From assembly GCA_003599295.1 (NCBI GenBank), contig QZJK01000007.1, forward strand, positions 2,228-66,227: 64,000 nucleotides of DNA, given 5' to 3'. Shown piece after piece: positions 1 to 10,267 of this stretch. Below the pieces are notes generated by a model. It did no database searches, was not told where the DNA came from, and worked only from the letters and a program-made list of their open reading frames with translations. The stretch's first letter is position 1. Each line of letters begins with the position of its first letter. Both the position numbers and the translations under genes were made by a program. The DNA comes from Candidatus Parcubacteria bacterium. Lineage in GTDB: Bacteria > Patescibacteriota > Minisyncoccia > Phycocordibacterales > UBA2100.

Positions 1-28
1 CTTTTCTTTCTCGACTGCGCAAGCCCGT

Positions 29-1168
29 CTACTTCAGTACTTCGATACCGGGGAGGGTTCCTTTCAATAGATACTCGAGCATGGCACCGCCGCCCGTCGA
101 GAGGAATCCGAGTTCCTCTTGCGGGATTCCAGCCGCACGAATGGCCGCGATGGTGTCGCCCCCGCCGATGACCACATTCGCTCCGCCTCTATGCGCTTCG
201 GAAACGAGCGTTGCGATGTTCTCCGTGTATGAAATATAGCCATTCTCGTACATGCCCGTCGGGCCGCTCCAAAGAATACTTTTGGCCTCTGCGATGAACG
301 ATGCAATGAGCGCGACCGTGTCCGGCCCGATATCAACTATTTTGTCGTCCGCTGCGACTTCTTCCGGCTTTTTTACGCGCGCCTGCCCGTCTCCTCCTTC
401 CGCTGTCACATCTATAGGTGCAACGAAATGCGGGTTCGAGAGCACGTCTTGCCCTGGCAATTCTTTTGAAATGAGCGAGCGGCCCACCGGAAGTCCCCGC
501 GCTTTAAAGACATCATTCGCGAGTGCCCCTGTAATAAAGACGTGGTCATACTTTTCGAGCAGCAGTTTTATGAGCGGCGCTTTTGTTTCGAATTTCGCAC
601 CGCCGAGTATCGCGAAAGAAGGGCTTTTGGGAGCGCGCGCCGCGTCGAGTTCCCGCACTTCATCGCGAATGAGAAACCCCGCGTACGCCGGCAAAAGCTT
701 CGCTACCCCGACTACGGATGCGTGCTCCCGATGCACATCCGGGAACGCATCGCCCACGAATATGTCTGCGAGGCTGGCCAATAATTGCGCGAATGCGGCA
801 CCGTTTGTCTCTTCCCCGGGGTCACGGCGCGTATTTTCTAAGATAAGACATTCTCCTTCTTTCAAGGCAGCAACTTCTTTGGGAGCTTCGGCAAAAGGAG
901 TCCCGAAAAAATACATCGGTACGTTCGGCGCAAGCGCTTTCAGCGCCTCGGCAACTGGTTTGATCGATTCGCCCTTGCGACCGAAGTGTCCGGCGATGAC
1001 GACCTTCGCGCGCGACTTAACCAGATACTCTATAGTGGGAAGTGCTTGCTTCAGTCGAAATATATCCGTCACTCCCCCGTCTTTTGAGATCGGCAGGTTG
1101 AGTATCGTGCGCAAAAAAACGCGCTTGCCTTTTAATTCTTTCTCCGATAATTCGTCGAGGCTCTTCAT
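29..1168 (-). CDS. pgk: Phosphoglycerate kinase
   Basis: Motifs GKRVFLR..LN.P, GHFGR, LENTR, ILGGAK, DIGP, GGGDT and STGGGA.LE.L.G..LPG. Confidence 0.97.
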   Translation of the reverse strand: MKSLDELSEKELKGKRVFLRTILNLPISKDGGVTDIFRLKQALPTIEYLVKSRAKVVIAGHFGRKGESIKPVAEALKALAPNVPMYFFGTPFAEAPKEVAALKEGECLILENTRRDPGEETNGAAFAQLLASLADIFVGDAFPDVHREHASVVGVAKLLPAYAGFLIRDEVRELDAARAPKSPSFAILGGAKFETKAPLIKLLLEKYDHVFITGALANDVFKARGLPVGRSLISKELPGQDVLSNPHFVAPIDVTAEGGDGQARVKKPEEVAADDKIVDIGPDTVALIASFIAEAKSILWSGPTGMYENGYISYTENIATLVSEAHRGGANVVIGGGDTIAAIRAAGIPQEELGFLSTGGGAMLEYLLKGTLPGIEVLK

Positions 1169-1920
1169 ATGTTCGAAAGCGTACTGAGAAGCGCAGTGAA
1201 CCGAGCAACATCAACGCTGACGTGCCCGACGAGAATCCCGCTGACGTCGCCGTCGCGGAGCATTTCGTCGGCGTTGTCTTCATTCACGGAACCTCCATAG
1301 ATAACGCGGGTAGAGATACCTTTCGGGCCGTGGGTTTCGACGATGGTCTTCCGAATGAATATCGCCATTTCATGCATTTCGCGCGGGCTCATCGTTTCCT
1401 CTCCGCCGATAGCCCAGACAGGCTCGTACGCAACGATAATGTCGGATAGTTTTGAGGCGGGCACTTGTTCGAATCCTGCCTTCAATTGCTCCGCGACGAA
1501 CGCGAAGTGCGCGCCCGAAGGAGAGCGCTTCGCTTCGCCGACACACAATATCGGGCGCATGTTGGCTGCGAGTGCGGCAGCGACCTGCCGCCCCGCGTCA
1601 GTGTTCGACATGCCGCGCGCGCGAACCTCAGAATGTCCTACGAGCGCGTATGAAGCGCCCGCATCTTTTGCCTGACGCATGGATATTTCTCCGGTATGGG
1701 CGCCGCCGGCTGACGCTTCCGCTGACTGCACGCAAAATGAGACGCGCCCGCCGGCTCGCCCCTTCGCAAGTTCGCGAAGGTAGAGCGCGGGCGGAGCTAC
1801 GACAAGTGTTATCGTTCGCGCTTTCGCGGCCGCCTTTTTCGTTACCTCAAAGAGTTTCTTCGCTTCTCGCGAGGTCGCCGGATTCATCTTCCAGTTCGCG
1901 ACGACAAGCGGTTTCAGCAT
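1165..1920 (-). CDS. tpiA: Triosephosphate isomerase
   Basis: ANWKMN, GAHTGE, VGHSE.R, AYEPVWAIG, YGGSV; 4-nt overlap with pgk. Confidence 0.97.
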   Translation of the reverse strand: MLKPLVVANWKMNPATSREAKKLFEVTKKAAAKARTITLVVAPPALYLRELAKGRAGGRVSFCVQSAEASAGGAHTGEISMRQAKDAGASYALVGHSEVRARGMSNTDAGRQVAAALAANMRPILCVGEAKRSPSGAHFAFVAEQLKAGFEQVPASKLSDIIVAYEPVWAIGGEETMSPREMHEMAIFIRKTIVETHGPKGISTRVIYGGSVNEDNADEMLRDGDVSGILVGHVSVDVARFTALLSTLSNI

Positions 1921-1961
1921 GTCGCGATTGTACCATGACGAGTTTTATTCCCGGAAAATGG

Positions 1962-3407
1962 CTACTGTTCGCGCCAGAGAGCGAATCGGTAATCTGTGGA
2001 TACTGTGGGCGTAAAAGGCGGCGGGGAGAATGCGAGAAGCTGGTCGTAATAGTCATAGCGCTGTTGGTAGCCAGAGATGGTCGAACCGCCGGAACTCCAT
2101 GCCGTCCCGGTGCGCCCATTCGAGACGACGGTGCCGACCGTTGTGAGTTCGCTCTGAAGCACATATGAGGAGTACGCCTGTCCCACGCGCAAGCTTGGCG
2201 GATATGAAGAACTATTGGTGAAAAAATCGCGCCCGTAGTGGCCGCTCTGCGCGACAAAAATGCCGTGGATCTCCATAAAGTCAGGCGAGGTGAGCGGAAT
2301 AAGCACGTTCCTTTCCGCAATGACGGTGAGCCCATCACTTCCATCATTTGATGCGTATACGATATTGTTGCGAAGATAGACGTCAGGGCTTGTGCCCGAA
2401 TCATCAGGTGTCGCCGCGACCACGGCGACCTTGCTGCCCACCGTGCCTTCGAGCCACACGCGATCCTCGACGAAGATAAGACTGCATGAAGACGGGACGG
2501 CATACGTGCCAAGGAGCGTCTCGTTATTAATGATGCTGTATTCCGTCCCCCATCCGTACTGGCTCGAGTATGAGGGTTTCCCTATAGTGCTCGTCACTCG
2601 ATACACTGTCACCGTGCCGTCCGCATTGAATATGAGGTGGTAGCCGCGATTGTTGACGCTCCCGCTCGCCGGATCGTAATGGATACCGCCGTTATTCTCA
2701 GCCCTTGATTGCAAATCGGTAAAGTTCACGCCGATGGCTTCGAAGTTCACGTTCGGCACCGGATAGGTCCACAGTGCGGGATTGCTTCCGTCGCCGACGA
2801 CACCAGGCGCGTTCGGCTGTGACGGAGAACAATTGTAGTTCCCATCGCAATTCCACGTCGCGACGGCGCTCATCACATCGGAATTGTGAGTCGCGTCCAT
2901 TCTGATGCCGCCGTTCGAATGGTACGGACCCCGGATGTTCCTGTCGCTACCGGCCCATACATTACTGTTCAAAAGGTACGAGTACTCTGCGACGGAGGGG
3001 AGCATATAGCGGACGGAAAGCGTGCGCGGAAATCTCGTGTCGGCATTCGGCACGCCTTCCGAGGCGAGATCTATCCATTGCACGGCATCGCATTGAGAGT
3101 TGGCAGTCGCCGTAACTTCAGCGTTGCCAAGCTCGCCGCCTTCTGGATCTTCAACCGTGTATGTGTACGGGGATACCAAACCGACGCCGGTCTGGAGAAT
3201 CGCCGGATTGTGCGCAAGGAACCAGCGGTAGTATTCGAGGCCTGCTTCCGCGATGTGGAGCGCTTGCTCGCGCGCGTAGAGTGCACGACCGTACTTCGAT
3301 TGCATGAGAGCATAGCTTGTTACCGTCCCGAGTATCAATCCGAAAATCCCCAGGAATGCGAGGACGAGCATAACCGTGACGCCGGATTGTGAGGTTCGCT
3401 TGCGCAT
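1962..3407 (-). CDS. PilX/GspK-like minor pilin / pilus assembly protein with large extracellular domain
   Basis: Basic leader, G|VTVMLVLAFL hydrophobic helix lacking Glu+5, A..IAEAG.E motif of the PilX N-terminal family; last gene of the pilB-pilC operon. Confidence 0.75.
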   Translation of the reverse strand: MRKRTSQSGVTVMLVLAFLGIFGLILGTVTSYALMQSKYGRALYAREQALHIAEAGLEYYRWFLAHNPAILQTGVGLVSPYTYTVEDPEGGELGNAEVTATANSQCDAVQWIDLASEGVPNADTRFPRTLSVRYMLPSVAEYSYLLNSNVWAGSDRNIRGPYHSNGGIRMDATHNSDVMSAVATWNCDGNYNCSPSQPNAPGVVGDGSNPALWTYPVPNVNFEAIGVNFTDLQSRAENNGGIHYDPASGSVNNRGYHLIFNADGTVTVYRVTSTIGKPSYSSQYGWGTEYSIINNETLLGTYAVPSSCSLIFVEDRVWLEGTVGSKVAVVAATPDDSGTSPDVYLRNNIVYASNDGSDGLTVIAERNVLIPLTSPDFMEIHGIFVAQSGHYGRDFFTNSSSYPPSLRVGQAYSSYVLQSELTTVGTVVSNGRTGTAWSSGGSTISGYQQRYDYYDQLLAFSPPPFTPTVSTDYRFALWREQ

Positions 3408-3408
3408 A

Positions 3409-4014
3409 TCAATGTCCGATGAGGTTTCGAATAGCCGCCGAGGAACTAAGAGTGAACTGGTTCGGAAGCGCCGCCTCGTTTACGTTAACCGCCAAGTCCA
3501 CTTTCACGAAGCGGACTGCCGTCCAGTTCGTATAATTCGTGATCTCGGAGCCGAGCTCATCATAATAATGGAACAAGGAAATTCCCTGCGCCACATTGCG
3601 TACATGTTCCGCGATAACCGATGCAGTTTCAGCGCCTGTGTAATCCGGCGGGTCTCCCGTAGGCTCGAGAATGCCGCGCATGAGATTCGTGCCTGATATG
3701 TAGTAGTGCACGCGCTCGATGAGCGCGTCGCTGTCAATGTCTGCATAAAACACAAAATCATTGGCTGCGATCGAAACTATCGGGAACGCTCCCTGGCTCG
3801 AGTAAGCACCCTCGCGGATAGTGCGCACTATCTGTTCAAGCCCGCGCTGAGCAAACGTCACCGCATCCGCTTGTTCTATCGTATACGTATTAGTCTTGTA
3901 GAACGAAAGCAACGTCGACACGATAGCGAGCATTGCAAGAGTAAAGACTGATATCCATACGAGAACCTCTATGAACGTCATGCCGCGCGCGTTAGTCACG
4001 GATGCGGATCTCAT
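3409..4014 (-). CDS. Type IV minor pilin (PilW/GspJ-like prepilin)
   Basis: Class III signal RG|MTFIEVLV followed by a hydrophobic helix. Confidence 0.85.
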   Translation of the reverse strand: MRSASVTNARGMTFIEVLVWISVFTLAMLAIVSTLLSFYKTNTYTIEQADAVTFAQRGLEQIVRTIREGAYSSQGAFPIVSIAANDFVFYADIDSDALIERVHYYISGTNLMRGILEPTGDPPDYTGAETASVIAEHVRNVAQGISLFHYYDELGSEITNYTNWTAVRFVKVDLAVNVNEAALPNQFTLSSSAAIRNLIGH

Positions 4015-5813
4015 AAGCTTATGAGCACGACTGATAAGAGGGCTCCGTCAAACACCGTAACGTCCGCGCTTCCGTACGTTTGGTATCCGGTCTTCGACAC
4101 TTCGATCGAATAGGTAGCTTCTTCAAGCCCTTCGAAAAATATCTGTCCGCACGACGATGTTGAAAGCGTCTCGTCATAACCCGTTTTGTAGAGGCGGACG
4201 GACGCCCCCGTGAGAAGCGCATTACTCCCGGAAGCACGGACGTCGACAAGAAGCGTGCTCGGATCATACGGAACGACATAAAGCTGTGTCGTCTGCGAGG
4301 AAGCGGGGTCGAGAGTTTCCGGCTGAGGATCATCACAGCTTTCTGAAAGCGCGTAGTTTGTCGTGGTCGGCACGCTCAATGTATACGTGTCCCATTCGAC
4401 GTTCTGGAGCGTGAGCGATGCGCCAGCGCCGCTTGAATGCACTTCGTCGTATTTATACACCGTCGGATTATTGCCAATGGTCTTTAGGCCTTGCATCGAG
4501 AATGAAAGGTTTGGGAACGGGCTTGGACCCTCGTATTCGATGGTCCAGTCATCTATGGAAGGAGTCGGGGCGCCCGGGTTCTTGGTTTTCAGTATCGCTC
4601 CGATCCGAAGCCCGGGATATGTCCCGGCGGGGATAGTTGATATGTCCACCGATGAAGTGGAGAACCCTGTGGAATTATTCGGCAACACGGCGTCGGGAAT
4701 GAGCGTCGCGCCGTCCGATGTGTATAGCTGATAGAAAATCTCTGTATCAGAAGGCTCTACGTCGTTCCATGAGAGCGTCTTCCAGCGCGACACTTGTGAT
4801 GGCGCTATCGCGATCGATTGCACGCTCGCGGTCGGAGGAAACGGAGGGTTACCTGCGAATCTCACGCGACCTCCGGAGATTTCCGTACCGTTAAACACCG
4901 CTATCTTGGTATCATTCGCGAATGTGTCTTCCCATGTCGATGGCTCAAGCGCCTTGTACGTTTCCACCGTTTTCGTAGACACAAGATCGATCGCAAATGT
5001 CTGCGAGGTCGTCTCGTTGTCAGCAACGGTAAGATGGCGCGGTGTTGGATTCGGGTTCTCTGCCGTAACAGGATACGTCTGATCGGTCGAGTAGCCTGCG
5101 CGGGATACTGTTATTTGATAGTTGCTCGCCGCCGGCGCGCCAATGTACGTGACGGCTCCGTTCGAATTCGTGTAGGTCCTGATGTTAATTGCCGGCGAGA
5201 CTTCCGTATTAATGATATCTACTTGCGCATCGAATACCGGTTCGGCGGCGGCATTGACAACGGTGATGGCGAGTATCCCTCCCGCTACCGCAACCTCGAC
5301 ACCATTCGGGGATGCCCGGCCGACGAGGACGACACTCCGCTCTCCCTGACGAGCCGTCCATGAGACCTCTACACGTATCGTTTTGTAGTCCGTGATGATG
5401 CTGTTCTCGTCAAGCTCGCCGAGGCCATCGCCGGGATCATCCGCGTAGAGAACGGACGTGCGGCGCGTGTATTCGATACCGTTCCACGAAACCGTCTCCT
5501 CCTGCGGCACGATGCCGGCAGGGATCCCCCCTTCGACACCTATCTGCGTGTAAGAAAGCGAGCGTAAATATTCCATACGCTCGTTTCCGAGTGCGATGGC
5601 ACCAGCGCGCGCTTTGTTGTTCGTCACGACGTCGAGCGAGAGCTGGAAGGCGGCCGCGATGCCAAGAAATACGATGAGCATGAGCGCCGTCCCGACCACC
5701 GTATCGAGAAGCGTTGCACCTCGCGAGCCGGTGTCTCGTATTGCGTATTTCGTATAACGCATGAGATACCAGCGGCGGATTTTATACGCTATACGCCATA
5801 CCCTATACCGCAT
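4011..5813 (-). CDS. Large pilin-like protein with C-terminal beta-sandwich (carboxypeptidase-regulatory-like) domains; start may be 5762
   Basis: RG|ATLLDTVV prepilin-like site; repeated T..NG...Y.ITVS..GY motifs. Confidence 0.75.
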   Translation of the reverse strand: MRYRVWRIAYKIRRWYLMRYTKYAIRDTGSRGATLLDTVVGTALMLIVFLGIAAAFQLSLDVVTNNKARAGAIALGNERMEYLRSLSYTQIGVEGGIPAGIVPQEETVSWNGIEYTRRTSVLYADDPGDGLGELDENSIITDYKTIRVEVSWTARQGERSVVLVGRASPNGVEVAVAGGILAITVVNAAAEPVFDAQVDIINTEVSPAINIRTYTNSNGAVTYIGAPAASNYQITVSRAGYSTDQTYPVTAENPNPTPRHLTVADNETTSQTFAIDLVSTKTVETYKALEPSTWEDTFANDTKIAVFNGTEISGGRVRFAGNPPFPPTASVQSIAIAPSQVSRWKTLSWNDVEPSDTEIFYQLYTSDGATLIPDAVLPNNSTGFSTSSVDISTIPAGTYPGLRIGAILKTKNPGAPTPSIDDWTIEYEGPSPFPNLSFSMQGLKTIGNNPTVYKYDEVHSSGAGASLTLQNVEWDTYTLSVPTTTNYALSESCDDPQPETLDPASSQTTQLYVVPYDPSTLLVDVRASGSNALLTGASVRLYKTGYDETLSTSSCGQIFFEGLEEATYSIEVSKTGYQTYGSADVTVFDGALLSVVLISL

Positions 5814-5817
5814 ACGT
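5737..5817. repeat. Two degenerate 7-bp tandem arrays in inverted orientation
   Basis: CGTATTG-CGTATTT-CGTATAA-CGCATGA (5737-5764) and TATACGC-TATACGC-CATACCC-TATACCG-CATACGT (5783-5817). Confidence 0.75.
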
Positions 5818-5818
5818 T

Positions 5819-7036
5819 TTAGATGTTCTCCGACAGCTGATAGATGGGCGATATCATCGAAATAGCGAAAAAGCCGACCGCGACCCCGATGAATATCATG
5901 AGGAACGGCTCGACGATGGTCGACATGTCTTTTGTTTTCCGGTCAACCTCCTCCTCGTAGAAGATCGCGAGCCGCTTTAGCATTTCGGTCACCTCGCCTG
6001 TTTCTTCTCCGACCGACATCATTTCGCCGACAAATGCCGGATATAGGTCCTCACGGCGAGTGAACGCGGCAGACAACGGCTGGCCTTGAGAAACGCCCTG
6101 ACGCGCTTCGGCGATGACTTTCCTGAAATATGAATTTTGCACGACTTCGCCGACGATCTCGAGGGATGCGAGCACGTCCACGCCGGAAGAAAGAAGGGAC
6201 GCGAGCGTTCGAGCAGTGCGTGCCGCATTGACCTCACGGACCATTACACCAATAAGCGGCATGCGAAGAAATACGAGATCGAATACGCGTCTTCCCACGG
6301 GCGTTCGCGCCGCGACATACACAGCCGCTCCGAGGGCGACGAGGCCTCCAAGCGCAAGTACCGTGTAGTTGACCAAAATATTGCTGACCGCGATGACGAA
6401 CTGGGTCGATTTCGGCAATTCCGCATTCATTTCGGCGAACGTCTGCGCCAAGGTCGGCACGACATTTATCATCATGAGAATGCCGATGCCGATGATGGCG
6501 ACGATGATGACTATCGGATATATGAGTGCGCTCCGTATCTTTTTCTTGAGCTGATACATGCGCTCCATCTGGTCGGCGGCGGTAGCGAGAGCACCCGGAA
6601 GATCGCCTCCCTCTTCGCCTGCGCGCACCATCGCGACGAATAAGCGGCTGAACGTCTGCGGGAATTTAGCGAGGGCGGCGTGGAAGGTGTCGCCGCGGCG
6701 GACATCGCCCGCTATTTGCGCGATTGTGCTTGAAAGTTTTGCGTTCCTCGTCTGGCGTTCAAGGACCGCAAGAGCGCGTGCGAGCGCAAGGCCTGCAGAA
6801 AGCATCGCGCCAAGATTCCGCGCCAGAAGTATCTTGTCGTACTGCTTGACGCTTGAGAGCTTCGCGTTCCATCGCGACAGATTCCAGACACTTCGGGTGT
6901 CTTCCTCCGTCATCGACACTATCTTCGCTCCTTCCTTGCGGACTATCTCGTAGAGCTCGAAGCGGTCCTGCGCTTCGACTACTCCTTTATATATCTCCCC
7001 GTTCGATTTTTCGGCGGTGTACGTAAAACGAGCCAT
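5819..7036 (-). CDS. pilC: Type IV pilus platform protein (T2SS F family)
   Basis: ML.AGL, MVRAGEEGG.L, AL.YP, LLSSGV, VGEETG, VEP motifs; 405 aa. Confidence 0.93.
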   Translation of the reverse strand: MARFTYTAEKSNGEIYKGVVEAQDRFELYEIVRKEGAKIVSMTEEDTRSVWNLSRWNAKLSSVKQYDKILLARNLGAMLSAGLALARALAVLERQTRNAKLSSTIAQIAGDVRRGDTFHAALAKFPQTFSRLFVAMVRAGEEGGDLPGALATAADQMERMYQLKKKIRSALIYPIVIIVAIIGIGILMMINVVPTLAQTFAEMNAELPKSTQFVIAVSNILVNYTVLALGGLVALGAAVYVAARTPVGRRVFDLVFLRMPLIGVMVREVNAARTARTLASLLSSGVDVLASLEIVGEVVQNSYFRKVIAEARQGVSQGQPLSAAFTRREDLYPAFVGEMMSVGEETGEVTEMLKRLAIFYEEEVDRKTKDMSTIVEPFLMIFIGVAVGFFAISMISPIYQLSENI

Positions 7037-7104
7037 TCAACTAAGTATAGCGCGTAGTTAAGCGCTCTTTTGCTCGAATCGGGCGAATATGTACATAAGG
7101 AAGT

Positions 7105-8841
7105 TTATTCCGAGATCACGCGCAACACTTCTTCTATCGTTGTTACTCCCTGCGCGGCCTTGAAAATGCCGTCTTCGGCCATGGTGAGCATGCCTTCGCT
7201 TTTTGCCCGGCTTTCTATCTCATCGGCGGTCGCATTTTTCATGACGAGCTCCTTTATCGACGAAGATACTTGCAGTGTTTCGTAAATGCCGACGCGGCCG
7301 GAATAGCCGGACGGACATTCGGCGCTCTCTTTCGGCTTATAGAATGAAACATTTTTCCATGTCGCGTCGCTATGGACGGCCTTTTCCTCCTTCATCGCCT
7401 TGAGGACGGCTCCCGCGTCCACTGTTTTCTCGAGATGCGCTTGTTCGTCGCGAGAGAGTTCGTACTTCTCTTTTTCCTGACAGAGTTTTCGGACGAGGCG
7501 CTGGCCGACGCAGATGCGGAGCGTTGAAACGAGAAGGAACGGCTCGATACCCATGTCGAGAAGGCGCGGAATGGCGCCGGCGGCGGAATTGGTGTGCAAC
7601 GTCGAGAGCACGAGGTGACCCGTGAGAGACGCGTTTATCGCGAGAGACGCCGTTTCTTTGTCGCGAATTTCCCCCACCATCACGATATCCGGGTCCTGGC
7701 GCACAAGCGCGCGCAAACCGTTCGCGAATGTGAAACCTATTTCCGGACGCACCTGCGTCTGGTTGATGCGCGCCATTTGGTATTCGATAGGGTCCTCGAT
7801 GGTGGAGATGTTCACGTGCGGCGTGTTCACGATGTCGAGAAGCGTGTAGAGCGTCGTCGATTTGCCGGCGCCGGTCGGCCCGCACGCGAGTATCATGCCG
7901 GTCGTCGCGCGGGTCGCATCATGCATGCGCTCGAGCGCCGCACCGTGGAATCCGATGGATTCGAGCGTGAAGCCGGAAACGGAGTCCCGCAAAAGACGCA
8001 TGACTATTTTCTCGCCGTAGTAGGTGGGGAGGACCGACACGCGGAACGAGACTTTCTCGCCGCTCGATTCGGCGCTGAAACGCCCGTCTTGCGGCAAACG
8101 GTGCTCATCGAGCCGCATGCTCGCCAGGACTTTGATGCGCGCGGTCACCGCGGCCGCGGCATGTTTCGGGAGTTCCATCGCGTCATGGAGGATGCCGTCG
8201 ATGCGGTAGCGGATGAGGAGCGATGATTCCATCGGTTCGATATGAATGTCGGAGGCTCCCTGCGCGTTCGCGTGCCGGAGCAGCGTATCCACGATGCGGA
8301 CCGCAGAAACGCCTTCGGCCATCTTGTGGAGGTCTTCGTCTTTGACCTCGCCCGTCTTTTCAAGCGCTGCGGTCTCTCGTTCGATGACATCGCCGAGGTT
8401 CGCTTTGAGGCCCTGCTGGTACTGCTTCAATGCGTATTTGATGCTCGCCGCATCCGTGAGGCGGGGCAGCACTTTGAGCCGCGTTTTTTTCTTGATGAAA
8501 TCGATGGCCGCGAGGTCGTCGGTGTCGAGCATCGCCACCTCCAATTCATCGCCGTGGTGGCCATATGCAATGATGTTGTTCCTGCGAGCGACCGGCTCCG
8601 GGATAAGCGAAAGGGTGTCGTATTTTATGTCGGTCCCGGCAAGTGAAACGAACGGGATCCCCAAGATGTAGGCATAGGTGCGGCTCAATTCATCCTCGCC
8701 GATAGCGCTGTGCGCTTTCAAGACGTCGCCCACCGACGTACCGCTTTCTTTCGCCTCTTTTTCCGCTTCGTCGAACAGCTTTGTCGAGACGAGCCCCGCG
8801 TCGGCGAGAAACGATTTTAAATGCGTATCCGAGATGTACAT
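7105..8841 (-). CDS. pilB: Type IV pilus assembly ATPase (PilB/GspE)
   Basis: ASDIHIEP, RLPQDGR, Walker A GPTGAGKS, TIEDPIE, RQDPD..VGEIRD, TGHLVLSTLHTN. Confidence 0.95.
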   Translation of the reverse strand: MYISDTHLKSFLADAGLVSTKLFDEAEKEAKESGTSVGDVLKAHSAIGEDELSRTYAYILGIPFVSLAGTDIKYDTLSLIPEPVARRNNIIAYGHHGDELEVAMLDTDDLAAIDFIKKKTRLKVLPRLTDAASIKYALKQYQQGLKANLGDVIERETAALEKTGEVKDEDLHKMAEGVSAVRIVDTLLRHANAQGASDIHIEPMESSLLIRYRIDGILHDAMELPKHAAAAVTARIKVLASMRLDEHRLPQDGRFSAESSGEKVSFRVSVLPTYYGEKIVMRLLRDSVSGFTLESIGFHGAALERMHDATRATTGMILACGPTGAGKSTTLYTLLDIVNTPHVNISTIEDPIEYQMARINQTQVRPEIGFTFANGLRALVRQDPDIVMVGEIRDKETASLAINASLTGHLVLSTLHTNSAAGAIPRLLDMGIEPFLLVSTLRICVGQRLVRKLCQEKEKYELSRDEQAHLEKTVDAGAVLKAMKEEKAVHSDATWKNVSFYKPKESAECPSGYSGRVGIYETLQVSSSIKELVMKNATADEIESRAKSEGMLTMAEDGIFKAAQGVTTIEEVLRVISE

Positions 8842-8976
8842 GTTGCTCTATTATATACCGCTATATACCGCGATACTTCAGGGATTTGACACAGGTGGGT
8901 AAAGATATATACTGCCTGCATTGGTTCCGCCCTTGGGCGGACGCTTTTTTTAAAAGTCTTTACTACAAGCTATTGT

Positions 8977-10224
8977 ATGGCACTACTTGACCTCAAATCA
9001 TTGAACGCCGCCCTTGATGAGCTCCAGCAGGAGCGCGGCATTTCGCGCGAAAGCGTTATTGACGCCCTTTCAACGGCGCTCGCCGCCGCCTACCGCCGCG
9101 AATACGGCAAGCGCGGGCAGATAATCCGCGCGAATTTCAATCCACAAACGGGCGACATGGAATTTCGTCAGGCGAAAATAGTCGTCGACAAGACTCTGGT
9201 GCGCGCCGAAGACGAAGAGCTCGGCGACGATGACCACCGTTCCCGCTTCAACCCTGAACAGCACATCATGATAGAAGACGCACGGCGCATAAAAAAAGAT
9301 GCCGTGCTCGACGAGGAAATATCGTTCCCGCTTGAAACGCACGAAGATTTCGGCCGCATCGCCGCACAGGCTGCGAAGCAGGTCATCATGCAGAAGGTGC
9401 GCGAAGCGGAGCGTGCGTCCATCATTTCAGAATACGGCGAGCGCGAAGGCGAGATAGTGACGGGCCACGTCCAGCGCTTCGAGCGCGGCAATCTCTACGT
9501 GGACCTTGGCCGCGCGACAGCAATCCTTCCCTACGACGAACAAATTCCGGGCGAGCGATACCGCCAGGGCGAGCGCGTGCGCGCGCTTCTCCTTCGTGTT
9601 GATGAAAGCGCGCGCGGCACGTTCATTCGGCTCACGCGCTCGCACCCGCAATTCCTCGTAAAACTTTTTGAGACTGAAGTACCTGAAATGGCGAACGGCA
9701 TCGTCGAAGCAAAAGGTGTCGTCCGCGAGCCGGGCAGCCGCGCGAAAATAGCGGTGCACTCGAAAGACGAGCACGTGGACCCTGTTGGGGCGCTTGTTGG
9801 CCAGCGCGGCGTTCGCGTCGCAGTCGTCACGTCGGAATTGGGCGGCGAAAAAATCGACGTCGTTGAGTGGTCGGAGAATCCCGGCGACTTCGTGAAAGAA
9901 GCTCTCAAGCCCGCGCAGGTATTGGGTATCGAATTGTTCGAAGAAGAGAACCGCGCAGTCGTTTCTGTCGCAGAGGACCAGCAGTCGCTCGCGATAGGGC
10001 GCGGAGGCCAAAATGTTCGCCTCGCGGCACGCCTCACAGGTTGGAAGATCGACATACGTTCGAGCGGCGGCGAGCAAGTCGCTCCCGCAACCGAGGGCGG
10101 CTCTGCGGAGGTACCTCCGGGCGAAACTCCGGAAACCCTGCCGAAACCGGATGAGGTTATCGAGGAGCCGGCTCCACAAGACCGAGATGTCCCGAATGCA
10201 GAGGCGGAGAAGCCGAGCGAATAG
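8977..10224 (+). CDS. nusA: Transcription termination/antitermination factor NusA
   Basis: FGRIAAQ.AKQ, S1 domain, REPG.RAK, DPVGA.VG.RG.R, AIGRGGQNVRLA. Confidence 0.97.
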   Translation: MALLDLKSLNAALDELQQERGISRESVIDALSTALAAAYRREYGKRGQIIRANFNPQTGDMEFRQAKIVVDKTLVRAEDEELGDDDHRSRFNPEQHIMIEDARRIKKDAVLDEEISFPLETHEDFGRIAAQAAKQVIMQKVREAERASIISEYGEREGEIVTGHVQRFERGNLYVDLGRATAILPYDEQIPGERYRQGERVRALLLRVDESARGTFIRLTRSHPQFLVKLFETEVPEMANGIVEAKGVVREPGSRAKIAVHSKDEHVDPVGALVGQRGVRVAVVTSELGGEKIDVVEWSENPGDFVKEALKPAQVLGIELFEEENRAVVSVAEDQQSLAIGRGGQNVRLAARLTGWKIDIRSSGGEQVAPATEGGSAEVPPGETPETLPKPDEVIEEPAPQDRDVPNAEAEKPSE

Positions 10225-10267
10225 TGAACGATTGCTTCAATACACCGAAAACGGTACACTGTCCGCT

